From Cyanidioschyzon merolae (lineage: Eukaryota), in NCBI GenBank assembly GCA_000091205.1, contig AP006502.2: a stretch of 64,000 nucleotides of DNA; one strand, given 5' to 3'. This document shows, in pieces, positions 23,636 through 34,477 of the stretch (positions are counted from its first letter, which is position 1; each line of letters starts with the position of its first letter). The position numbers were made by a program, and so were the translations under genes. The notes below the pieces were generated by a model. It made no database searches and was not told where the DNA came from. It worked only from the letters and a program-made list of their open reading frames with translations.

Positions 23636-24820
23636 ACTGCGAGCATCGAAGTTTGGAACATCTCTACCAATACGTGTTTTTTGGTCTGGATTGTCTCTGG
23701 TATTCAGGTTCAGCAGTAGGAATGTTTCCGATAGATTGGGGCATGGTGGTGGAATGACTTTATGATATCGCTGCGGGCCTGCGGGGGAAACGCCCTTGCC
23801 TCAACTTCTGGTTCATACTGCGGTGTTCCGGTGGTTGAACCACCGATTCAGAAGTACTTGCCTTGAACGCCAACACCCGAAATTGAAGATGTCAAACGCA
23901 ATCTATATTGCCACGTCTTTGTCAATCGATTCTACTCCATAGATCCCCTCAGAATGACCATCAAAGAGGCAACAGTTTGTGAAGTTTCCATGATACTCGC
24001 ACGAACATTGATGAAGAGACATGGATCGACACGGAATGAAGCAGGCTTCCATGGCAGACAGTCCACGTTGAATCGTACCTTGCCGATTTCGTACTGACAT
24101 GCGAATACTTAATCCATTTGGGACGTGTGCTCGTCTCGCTTCGTGAGGCTTCATTCGGCGTGCGCGGTAAACGCTTATATGGGTAGTCAAAGACACGCGA
24201 ACCGCTGGTTGTAAAGAAGAGCGAAGCGAGCATTCCAACAACATTGCGATTAGCGGCGATGCTGTCGTGTGTTCGCCTGCGACTCGCCGAGCGAACTGGA
24301 TTGTTCTCCAGTGCATCATTCATCAAAAGCGTTCCTCCTGGTTTTTCGTAATCATATGCCTGTATCCTGCTACGACATAACGTCGCTTTAGATCGCTCAA
24401 GAACGGTTATGGAGTTCTTTGCTGAGATCGGCGGTGAGCTGCTCTTCGCACCAGCCTATGCTCGCTGGTGAATCCACTCGATGGCGTCTTCGACGTGGGT
24501 ACCTGCCAATCTACATATCCACGGATCAATAAAAAGCATTCCTTCGCATCGATGAAATCGTTTTCCGAAAAGCTGTTCGGTACATGCACCAGCCCTGAGC
24601 TGTTGTGTTGCCGCTCTGCACATGCGCGAGATGCAGATCGTGACGTAAAAGATTGAAGGAATAGTGGATGTATACAAGGGAAAGGCGAGTTTCAATGGCT
24701 CTGTGCGTCCATAACGTCTTAATGCTGGAGGCGAAACCCGACACAGAGCGTAGGGACTACAGCTCTATTACCTTGGTGCATAACGGAAAAGGCGGTGAAA
24801 GATTCGGTCCCTGCAAGCAA

Positions 24821-26092
24821 GCAAGTTTAGAGCATTCGGGGAACTCCGAGCAGAGCACTGGCGGGGCTCGTTCACGATTTCTGGCGTCCTTGAAGGGTAC
24901 CGAAGAAAGTCTCTGGGGACAACGGAGACGGACGGAGTACCCATGTGCGTGCGTTCTGTGATACCAAGGCTTTAGTCGACAAACAAGACTCTTTTTCACC
25001 CGCTCAACACGCGTGACCAGAGGCAGTTTGTGGTGGACATCCAAATCGAGTTGAACGACACCATGACCGTCGCCGCAACTCCTATTCTAGAGAACGACAC
25101 GAAAGGCAGGAGCAGGAAGCAGATGCTGCTGCTGCTGCTGCTGCTGCTCAGCATTTCCAGCGCTCTACATGATCGAGAGCAGGGCTTCATCGACGGCAGG
25201 AAGCGCCCTAACAAATGAAAGGTCGGCGTCGCGACTTGGAGTTCGACTTCGACGCCCTGAGCACCTTTTCGAGCAAAGCGACACGCGCGGCACGCTTCAT
25301 GAAGGGAGCGTACGTCATCGTCCAAATGGCTTGTGCAGACGGCCTGTGGCAGTTCCTCGGATCGCACAAGCATCGTCTACCGCTTCGGTTGTGCGGAGGC
25401 AGGAAGCGTCCATTCGACTGCTCGATCCAAGAGCTGGGAACGCAAATGACCGATGAGTAACGTCGCTTGGTGGTAGCCAATGGCGCTGGACGTGCTGTGG
25501 CGCAGAAAGGCTGCACGCCTGCTTCTTGAACGACAGCATATGATAAACCATGAATCGATTCTGAAACCACACCCATGGATATGTTCAGGACGACGTGAAC
25601 GCATCACGAGCTCGGGCGCAAACAAAAACTGTTAGAGAAGAAGAGCGTGAGGCGGAGTCAGATGCACGGGATTGTGTACGGTAAGCTGACTTCACGACCG
25701 ATGGCGAGCTAATCGAAAATGAGAAGCATACTCTGGTGTGATTCTACTGCCAACAATGGGCGCAGGCAGTTTGTAGACCGCGACTCGATCGCCTCGATGA
25801 CCATTCGGGTATGTCCCATGCTTCCGGAGCGTTCAGCGGTATTGGCTCGAGCGAACGAACGGACGAACGAACATCCCGATGAGTCGTTGAGTGCTCCATA
25901 TGGATCATTTCCTGAAACGCTGCAGACTTTTGATGAAAATAACCAGCGTCCGGTCGACAGAGGATTCGATTCGCGCCTGCAGCTAGCCATGGTACCGCGC
26001 GTTTCACCAGTACTCCAGAGCTAAAGCGCGATCTCCATGTTTCCACTGGGAGCTGTTTTTCATGGGAGTTGTTGAACGAAAGCGATGGTGCA
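24821..26092. repeat. left arm of a 1.26-kb inverted repeat pair (reverse-complement of 38214..39474, ~98-99% identical)
   Basis: ORF-track proteins on opposite strands are near-identical (24996..25373- vs 38925..39299+; 25744..26106- vs 38201..38554+). Nucleotide homology stops sharply at 'GCAAGTTTAGAGCATTC' on the outer side and at '...GTTGAACGAAAGCG' on the inner side. Contains a (GCT)n microsatellite at 25125-25148. Confidence 0.9.
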
Positions 26093-27039
26093 TTACTCGA
26101 TATCACAGATTATAGACGTCCATGTCTATCAGGTTTATGCATGGGCCACATGCAGCAAGCAAGTCATCGAGGTTTCTGTTGTGCAAAGAGGTGATGGCTC
26201 CCAAGCAAACCGATTTGCGTATGTGTTGGTTTCTTCCGCGTGTGTGTGTGTGTGTGCCAGTCCATGGCTATGGCTGCTATTTATCCAGATGTCATGGTGT
26301 ATACCCCGTGGTACACAAGGATGAGCGCGACAATGTAAAATCTCTTACGTGCGAGACAAATGTCGTCCAAATGCGACCCAGAGAGTTCTCCATGACACCG
26401 TTATAGAATTGGATGGCTGGTGAACGGTTAAGGCCTTGCGGTCCGCCTGTGTACCTTTCAGATATTGTCTTTGCTGTCCGATACTGAAGCAGAATAGTTT
26501 CGGACGTAACCTCTAGACTTGAACGATAGCACTTCACGCGAACCTGTAGATAGTGTTTGATTCGTCGGCAAGTTCCTTGGTCCAGAGGAGTGGTCGAAAC
26601 CAAGCGAACATCGCCGGTCGCTAATGAAAGTACCGGTGATGATTTCCAGTTTCAACCTGTATCAAGCAGTGCCACCAGAATCTAGGCGATGCATCAGACA
26701 ACCGTTTCGAGCCTGACACGTGAGAGATAATGCTTTTGAACCTATCTTGTTCAGTGAAAATCGCACAACTTGGCTTGGGTGTGTTCTACTTTGAAACTTT
26801 CAAGCGCTTCCCTATTCCATGCCTCAGATATCCCTTGTGCCTTTGGTGCACTATGTATATGGCCCCAAGCGCATCTCTTGCATTCTTTTTACTTGGAAAC
26901 CCAGTAAGCGTTTCACGCTTCCCAGGGGTCATCGGCGACCCGGCTTTTGACGTTCCGTAAGACCTCTCCAGCATCACCTCCATAGAATCTTCCTTGGAAA
27001 CCTTCAGGGAATTTCCATACACTTGATTTGGCGATCCTT

Positions 27040-27190
27040 TTCGTCTTCCTTGGGGTATTTGACCTCCAGCGCATTGCCAGGATGAACTTTCCCGTGAAAA
27101 CCTTGACGTAACTCCCTCGCTTTGATTGATCCTGTTCGCCGATAAAGCGGTATTCGACCTCTAGCGCATCGGTTGGATGAACTTTACATA
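27040..27190. repeat. two-copy ~90-bp direct repeat 3' of AACS
   Basis: 'GGTATTTGACCTCCAGCGCATTGCCAGGATGAACTTTCC' vs 'GGTATTCGACCTCTAGCGCATCGGTTGGATGAACTTTAC'. Confidence 0.6.
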
Positions 27191-27212
27191 AACATCTCCA
27201 AGAAATTCCCTT

Positions 27213-29561
27213 TTACCCGCGTGCCAAATATTTCCTTTTGAGCTCCCGGTACGTTTCCAGGAGCTCCGGATCCATACAGGCATGTGTATTGTCCAGTGGT
27301 TCATCGTCGAGGATGCGTTTCACAGCGACTTCCATTTTCTTCATGTTCCTCGTATAGGGAATACCTGGAACAACGATGACCGTATGAGGAACATGCCGCG
27401 GAGATAACGACTGCCGCAGACGATTCACGATACGGGATCGAAGCTCCGAGTCTTCCAGTGGGCCCAGAGGAGCTTCGTGCGCCAGTTTCACAAAGAGAAT
27501 GATACGCACATCGTCGTGCCAACGTTGACCAGCTACCAGCGAGTCGCTAACCTCCGGCATGCGTTCGAGGACTGTGTAGAAATCAGCGGACCCAAGACGC
27601 ACACCACCGGGTTTCAGAGTGGCATCGCTCCGTCCCCGAATGATCAACGAACGTTCATGACCTGGTTCGCGAACCACGACGCGTGCATAGTCACCGTGGT
27701 GCCACACAGTCTCCCCAAAAGTTCTGAAGTAGGCCGAGCGATACATGGATGCATCAGTGGTGTCGTTCCAAAAAAAGAGCGGCATCGAAGGACAGGCGTT
27801 CGTGCACACCAACTCACCGTCCTGATTCTCGACCGGATGGCCGTGTGCGTCAAAGACCTGTACCCCAAGACCCAGCGCGCATGACTGTAACTCACCAGCG
27901 TACACTGCCCGACGCTGGAGTCCCAGTGCAAAGCACCCGTTGATATCCGTACCACCGGACATGCTCCAGTAACGGACGTGGCGACCAACGCGCGCCCAGA
28001 CGTATCGAAAGTTTGCAACCGTCGACGGTGAACCGGTCACCAGCACTGCCTGCAATCGCCCTAGAGACCATCGAGCTGGATGAACACCTAGCTGTTCTTG
28101 GATCTGCAGAAACTTGGCACCACATCCAAAATGGGTGACTTGCTCCTCTGCGACAATGCGCCAGAGGGCATCCTGCGGTGCATAGCCTGTCGACAATGAC
28201 GGATCGGTGTCGCGAGGTGTACTTTGTGTGTTCTCAGGGGCACCCGCTTCAACGCTTGCCGGGTGCTCCAGGGATGACCAAACCGCAGCGCCGTCGTAGA
28301 GAATCAGTCGACAGCCACGCGCTAGAGCTGCAACACTCCAGTTCCACATCATCCAACCACAGGTCGTGTAGAAAAAAAGCGTATGCTCTGGACCCATTGC
28401 GTAGTGCAGCAACTGCTCCTTCTCCTGGGTGAGCAGGATACCAGCACCCTGCGCCATGCACTTGGGTCTACCAGTGGTGCCCGAACTGAACATGGTCACC
28501 ACTGGATCTCGATCGAAACGAATACGTCGAAACGGGATCGCTGGCAATGCCTCATCGACAGCGGGCTCAGGTGATGCGGACGGAAAGCACTGCCAGTTGG
28601 GAGCGTCCAGGTGCTCGACTAGCGCGTCTCGCGGGCATCCGTACGGCACGATCCATACCGGAATGCCGGTGACAGCGTTCTCCTCATTGTTTTCGTTTCG
28701 TTTTTCTGTTCCCAGACGAGATGCAATTTTCTGTGCCTTTTTTAAACAGTCGTGGCGCTTACCTTTGAAGACAACAGCGTCCGCTGTAATCAGCAGCCGT
28801 GGTTGAAGTTGTCCGAATCGATCGACAGCGGCATCTTCACCAAAGTCAGGAGAGCAGGATGCCCAGATACCTCCCAGACTCGTCACTGCGAGCATCGCTA
28901 TGATCGTCTCGGGGATATTGGGGAGAAACCCCACCACGTGTTCGCCGCAACTGAGATGCAGTTGTTGTTCGAGCGCTTCAGCGACACGCGCAACCCATGC
29001 ATACAACTGGCGGTAAGAGAGCTCGCGGCGGGGAATGCCAGAGCCCGGCTCGCTGCGGAACACAATACTTGCCTGGGGATTACGCAGAATGTTCTCAGCG
29101 TAGTTCACTCGAATGTTCGGTAACCACCGGAGGCCGGTTATCGGCATGGTTCCCACAGTTGTGCGAGTGTGGGAATGTACAGGACTGCTGCTTTCGTTGT
29201 CGTTCTGGTTGGCGCCAGTGCCTATGCGCGTGCCTCTGCAAGCGGTCTCCAGCTGAAGTGTAGCTTCTCGGTTCGTGATAGGGACGTTGGCGTCCGTCAC
29301 CGGGGCACCAGTATCATCATAGAGACGAATACCCGCAAAATCGATGAATGTTCGGTAAAAGTCAGCGTCATGTTCAACTGAGAGCCGGTGCAGCCGCTCA
29401 AAGTCAAAGCTTTCGTGGTGCTGCACGGCCTCTTTGCCATAGAGTCGGCGCTCGAAAGCAGCTGCAAACCGCACCACAGGGTCGTCTGGTTGCCAAGGCG
29501 TGCTGTCTAATACCTGGTGGCCTTCGCACCAGACGTCCACAGCGTCCGCGTCATCGTCCAT
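27213..29561 (-). CDS. AACS: acetoacetyl-CoA synthetase (acetoacetate-CoA ligase, AMP-forming)
   Basis: 782-aa ORF with ATG = rc of 29559..29561. N-terminal 'WQPDDPVVRFAAAFERRLYGKE...ANVPITNRE' region as in acetoacetyl-CoA synthetases. AMP-binding signature 'MFSSGTTGRPKCMAQGAG', 'GWMMWNW', C-terminal 'GRSDATLKPGGVRLGSADFY'. Carries a low-complexity insert (EKRNENNEENA). Confidence 0.9.
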   Translation of the reverse strand: MDDDADAVDVWCEGHQVLDSTPWQPDDPVVRFAAAFERRLYGKEAVQHHESFDFERLHRLSVEHDADFYRTFIDFAGIRLYDDTGAPVTDANVPITNREATLQLETACRGTRIGTGANQNDNESSSPVHSHTRTTVGTMPITGLRWLPNIRVNYAENILRNPQASIVFRSEPGSGIPRRELSYRQLYAWVARVAEALEQQLHLSCGEHVVGFLPNIPETIIAMLAVTSLGGIWASCSPDFGEDAAVDRFGQLQPRLLITADAVVFKGKRHDCLKKAQKIASRLGTEKRNENNEENAVTGIPVWIVPYGCPRDALVEHLDAPNWQCFPSASPEPAVDEALPAIPFRRIRFDRDPVVTMFSSGTTGRPKCMAQGAGILLTQEKEQLLHYAMGPEHTLFFYTTCGWMMWNWSVAALARGCRLILYDGAAVWSSLEHPASVEAGAPENTQSTPRDTDPSLSTGYAPQDALWRIVAEEQVTHFGCGAKFLQIQEQLGVHPARWSLGRLQAVLVTGSPSTVANFRYVWARVGRHVRYWSMSGGTDINGCFALGLQRRAVYAGELQSCALGLGVQVFDAHGHPVENQDGELVCTNACPSMPLFFWNDTTDASMYRSAYFRTFGETVWHHGDYARVVVREPGHERSLIIRGRSDATLKPGGVRLGSADFYTVLERMPEVSDSLVAGQRWHDDVRIILFVKLAHEAPLGPLEDSELRSRIVNRLRQSLSPRHVPHTVIVVPGIPYTRNMKKMEVAVKRILDDEPLDNTHACMDPELLETYRELKRKYLARG

Positions 29562-31655
29562 GAGACGCGGCCTTCTCGTGACTAGGTCTGTTCCACGTGA
29601 GCGGACTAGACGGGTACCACGGTGAACGCCAGGGATCGCTCACCGATCCCGATGCAAAGACACACAGTCAGGTACAGACACGCACCCTAGTTTATTCCAA
29701 AGCCCAAGTGGCGCTTCGAGGAGCAACGCTATTTTCCCCAGCGCTTTGGTGGGTAATCTGCAGATGTTGTCCTTCACAAAAATTGGTATCTGATTTGAGC
29801 AGCGCCGAGCGCGCTCACGCGTTTTCGATTTCGATCGATGCTATCGCTTCTGGTACCGGGAAAATCTGCGCAACTCGATGAATGCTGAAGGCTGTTTCAC
29901 TTGGAAGGGCAAGCTTCGGTTGGCAGGCTCTGTGAACGTTGTCGCGTCGTCGCTATAGCCGCGTCAGATTACGATAGGCCATGGGGCTGCTCGTCCTGTT
30001 CGTGCCTTGAGATTTTCTGGACTTTATTTTGTAGATATACTGCCACGTCATTCACAGTGCAACAAGAAGCGCACACGGATGCATACACTGTTAAAAGATG
30101 CTCTATCGTCTTCTCTGAGTTGGTTAGTCGAATGTTCCGGGCTGGAATTCATGGCGTCAGCGCAATCAACACGATTTACGACGCCCTCGAATCAGCGTTC
30201 GAAACATACCCGATATCATCATCCAGTTCATACGTACAGGACTCCACTATTCTGCTTTCCCAATGTCTAGTATGCTCAGATCATGCACGCTTCAAGTTTT
30301 TGATGTTCCTGTCTCAAGGAATTAGGTGCGCGGGGCACTGCTCGCTGCTTGATGAACGAGGAAACAAATTCGACGTCGTTCCTTGACGACTTGTTTACAA
30401 GCTCATGCCAAACGTTCGCTCAACTTATCGCGTCAAATAATTGGTTTCGTTCTAAAGATAAAGCCTATTCTTTTTGTGGCCATCGACGAAACGGCATTCG
30501 ACCCCAGCAATGGTATCTCGGGAGGAATATGCCTCAAGACGATCCTGTCTCTTCTGTTTGCTTGATAACAAGTCTTGGACTCGGACTTGAGTCGTCGCAA
30601 CAATCGCACAAAGCGGAGCGTGCGTCACCATTTTGCATAACGGGAGCGTAGACGGATCAAATCTCTGGAACTCCTTCTCAGATTGGATTCTCCGTCCACT
30701 GCCTGATCCGTCAAGAACAATACTGTGTTGCACAAATCCTCTGTCGAATAGAGCAGCTCGTCGTTGCGCGTGCTGCGGACAGAGAACTACCCTGAGGCAT
30801 TACCACAAAGACGCCTGCGATCGCCGGTTGCAGCTTCGGGATCGAAAAACAGTGGTCGGCATGCGGGGTGCCTTCCGTATCCTCCCCGGGGATGTACTGG
30901 TCGGTGAGGCAAGCTTTCATGTGCCGCAGGCCGCCTTGGAGAAGGGAATATGGTGGGCGTATGGAAAAGCCTGGATCTACTCAAGCGGTATCGCTGTGCA
31001 AGTCGTACCGAGGCCGAATACAAAAAACATTCGCAGATGGCTGCTTTTGCATATGCATGAAATGCGCCGACAGCAACCACAACCTGCGAAATCGGGACGC
31101 TATGGCTGCCTTGAACATCAAACGATGTGTGCGGTAATGACGACGAGACACGCGAGGCTGGCGCGAGCGACCCTCATGGGGCATCCTCTCAGGCTAGAGG
31201 TGAACAAGGAGAAGCTGAAGCAGATGGCAAGCGGCCGATCGAAAAAGGCCAGGAGTGGTCTGTGAGTGAGTATTCCCTTGCCCTGCATGGCCGTGGGACA
31301 TTTTCGTTCCATGGAGCATGCTGGTCTGCAACCATTTTTTAGCTGGCAAATCGATTAAACAGGCCAGGGATCGCCGACTGTGCCCTTGGTATCAGCGCGT
31401 GGTGAAGCAAGCATCATTCCACGCCCTACTTGCAAATTCCATAACCCATACCTCTTCTCGGATATACTGGTCACTTTATTCGTTCTATCGTGCGCCGAGT
31501 ACCTGCCCTGATCATCCGCGATAGCGCCTATTCCGCCTGTGCAGTCGCTGCACGGAGAGAGAACGGCGTCGCCGTACCACTGAGGACGTCGGGTCGAGGA
31601 ACGCTACCCCTGATGGGGAGTTAGAGTACATAATCTTTCTGGGAGCCTGGAAGCT

Positions 31656-31684
31656 CTGCATACAGACCTATAGTCTGTATGCAG
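31656..31684. other. perfect 12-bp-stem palindrome (CTGCATACAGAC-ctata-GTCTGTATGCAG) near the inferred left end of Fanzor copy 1
   Basis: Read directly from the sequence. It could be a sub-terminal hairpin of an IS200/IS605-like end, or an unrelated terminator-like hairpin. Confidence 0.4.
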
Positions 31685-32211
31685 CGCGAAGCGATACGCA
31701 AGGAGATGATTGCGACCAGGGTGGTGCCCAAACGCAGCATACCCGCTCCTTGTACCAGAATAAACTGCGTTTCGAACGAGTTGCTCAGATCTCAATTAAG
31801 TAGCTACCGCTGGGGGAGCATGAAGCACTGCTGTGGCAGACACGTCCGGCTCGCGGGACATTTCGCCTAAAGAATAAACTTTCGGCAATCTGGACGCCGT
31901 TTTCCCCTTTTAATGTTTACCATAGAGGGGAGAGAAATTGTCATATCGTTGCTAGTTAGTCGTGAGTCTCTGTTCTTTGTTCTACATAGTGCGCTCGAGA
32001 CGCGCACCGGAGAGATCAGGCAGGCATGAGTTATGACGCGCTTGTCGCTGTTGAATGGAAACGCGATCCAAATCTTTATGATCTACCTGTAAAGTACACG
32101 TTGTATTTGCATTGAAGTCGTAGCAAACTGTAGTTTCAGTTGAATCGTGTTTCAGCGCTCAAGTAAGAATATTCAAGTGCTTTTTCGCGGTTTATAGCAG
32201 AAGCGTTCAAA

Positions 32212-34477
32212 TTGTGTTCTTTCTCGAAAGAAACTAAAAAAAGAAAGTTATGGAAAAGCAAGTGGAAGATCCTCGAGGGCCGGTACCGCCGGCTGCCAGA
32301 AGAAAAACAAAAAACAATATGGAGTCCAGAGGAACAGGAGAGGACGAAGAAGCAAAGGCAGAAGGCTCTACTTCAAAGGCTGCAAGAAAGACGACTGTAC
32401 GACGAGATGGTGGTGAAAGCCTTTCTTCTTGGACATATCAGGTATCCGTACATACAAAAATTGCGAGAGGCCATCAGAAACCGTGTCGATTCATGCTCCA
32501 AGAGTGTTCGCAAGGCTTCTTTAGGACTGATGCGTATGGCCGGGGATATATTCCGCGACGTGACGCACATGGAAACGGTCGAGATTCCGGACGAGTTTTT
32601 CGATAAGACGTGTATAGGTCAGCTGATACTTGGTACAGAGGAATCGCGGAAGGAAAATGGGCTAGTCCATGGCCTCCACGAAAAAAACATCCCTTTTACA
32701 GCTTCAACGGCGCTCGGTACAAGGGTGACCGGGATATTTACAGCTATGGGGCGATGAAGTACCTCACGAACCTGAAGAACCATTTGACAACGAACCTCGA
32801 ACGTTTCATGATACGCGCCGTGTTTGCACTCTACCCGGGCATCTCGCGCAATGGGAAAGGGGCGATGATCAACGGCATCACGAAAGATCGCAGGCATGAA
32901 GATGAGGTCGAATTCGTCGACAAGAAGGCATCAAACGCGTGCACGAATTAAGCTTCTGTAATCCGTGCGGCTGTACAAGAGCACCGTGCGGTACTGGGGT
33001 TGGCGTATCCAACAGACAAGATATCAGAGTTGAAAGAAGATAAGGAAAGATACTATCGCCTCATCCTGCGATATTTCGTGTTTCTGGACTGTGAACTCGA
33101 ACGCAAGGCGGAAATGAAGCTGAGTGAGGAAAAAATGAAGAGTGGGAGAGACGGAAGGCTGTCCTGTTGGGGAAGCGCTTCAAGGTCGGTGCGTTATGCA
33201 ACATCAAGTCACATTTTGTGAGTATCGATTCCGGCGTCCTCTACGGCATCATGAGGGAGATCTGTTCGGAGTTCGATGTTAGCAGGGAGGAATTCTCCCG
33301 GGAAAACCGGGAGACGTACTGGAAGAACATCTTCGATTTCAAACGTCTCAAAATGAGCGAGCAAAAGTTATTCACTGGGGTGATTGAAACCGATGGAGTA
33401 GCCATGTGTGTACGCTATCGGCGGTTGAAGAAAGATCGGCCAGTTCCGCCCTCGGCTGCGCCCGTCACGAAGGATGAAGAAAAGGAGGAGGCTGGTCCTG
33501 TGGCGCAGGAGGTGCAGGATGACGATCTTGTCGTTGGCGCGGCGAAGCATGAAGATGAGAAGGAGGCGGATCCTGTGATGCAGGAGGTGCAGGATAACGC
33601 CTTTATGGTTGGCGCGGCGAAGCATGAAGAAACGAAGAAGGCGGGTCCTGCGGTGCAGAAAGTGCAGGAGAACGACTTTGTCGTTGGCGCGGACCCCGGA
33701 AACACAAAAAGCATAACTATCGCAGCACCGAAGCGTGCAGAAGATGGTACTGATGGTAACTTGCGTCAGAAGGACATGCGCCTTTTGAGGTGCTCGAGAG
33801 CAAGATACTATCGAGAATCAGGTGTAATGAATGCAAGGAAGAAAATTGAGGCTTGGAACGAAGGAATGAAGGATCACCTGGAAGCTTTAAGCGAGGTGAC
33901 TAGACGAGGAGCGGACTTTGAGGCTTTTCGGAAATTCATGGAAGTTCGTGTTGCCCATTGGGATGCGCTGTGGGAGGAGTATACCAAGCCCCGCTGGGCT
34001 CGTTTGCGAATGAATCTATACTGTGGGAAGCAGCAGGCGTTCGCGAATTTTTTTAATGAGTTGAGCGCCCTGAAGGAGGATGAAAGTCAGAGGCTCGTCG
34101 TAGCGTACGGAGCAGGGCGCTGGAAGATCCGAAAAGGGTGTACACCAGCTCCAACAACGAGAACGTACAAGGAGTGTGCACGGCGTTTTGTTACAGTATC
34201 GATAGTTGAGTTTCGAGCATCGTATACACACCATGAGCTGGGCTGTATACTTCAGAGAGTGGAGATGGAAAAGTGCCAACGGAGCCCTGAGGATATAGCA
34301 AAGTACGGACCACTGACGGAGGAGCAAATGGAAAGGAGGGCAAAAATTCGTGGACTACTTGCATTAGTAAGTGCAACTCCCAACGGCACGAAACGTATGG
34401 AATTTGTGAACCGTGACTTTAACGCCGCTATCAATATACGGAGATGTGCGGTACTGGAGAAGAGACCTCCATCATAG
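32212..34477 (+). pseudogene. TnpB-like / Fanzor-type RuvC nuclease gene, interrupted (two frame changes plus one in-frame TAA)
   Basis: Frame A 32212..~32686 (MCSFSKETKKRKLWKSKWK..., Lys/Arg/Glu-rich and NLS-like) runs to an A7 homopolymer at 32681-32687. Frame B continues (KKHPFYSFNGARYKGDRDIYSYG...KKASNACTN) to TAA 32949-32951, after which the same frame stays open (ASVIRAAVQEH...). Frame C 33128..34477 carries RuvC-I '[16 protein letters not shown]', the Fanzor1-like RuvC-II region 'VVAYGAGRW...IVEFRASYTHHELGC' and RuvC-III 'EFVNRDFNAAINIRRCAV'. Copies 2 and 3 conserve all three parts at the amino-acid level. Confidence 0.6.
33482..33705 (+). repeat. 3 x ~76-bp in-frame tandem duplication inside the Fanzor ORF, immediately preceding/including RuvC-I
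   Basis: Units start at 33482, 33560 and 33635 and encode [26 protein letters not shown] / [25 protein letters not shown] / [24 protein letters not shown]. Only the third unit keeps the catalytic Asp. Copy 3 has a single unit. Confidence 0.85.

Noticed and set aside
30633-31265. 210-aa + ORF between AACS and Fanzor copy 1
   Set aside because: No motif, Arg/Cys-rich composition, and it lies in the AT-richer region upstream of AACS. Probably non-coding.
32661-32700. A tiny GT..AG intron (GTCCATGG...TTTTACAG, 37 nt in copy 1) spanning the A-homopolymer as the explanation for the frame change
   Set aside because: Removing 37 nt in copy 1 or 36 nt in copy 2 does not restore the required frame in either copy. 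Copy 3 is in frame across the junction without any such sequence.
33415-33714. 99-aa antisense ORF (and its twin at 54319..54624+) inside the Fanzor ORF
   Set aside because: It lies entirely within the 3x tandem repeat and is Ser/Cys/Thr/Ala low-complexity. It is an artefact of translating the repeat on the opposite strand.
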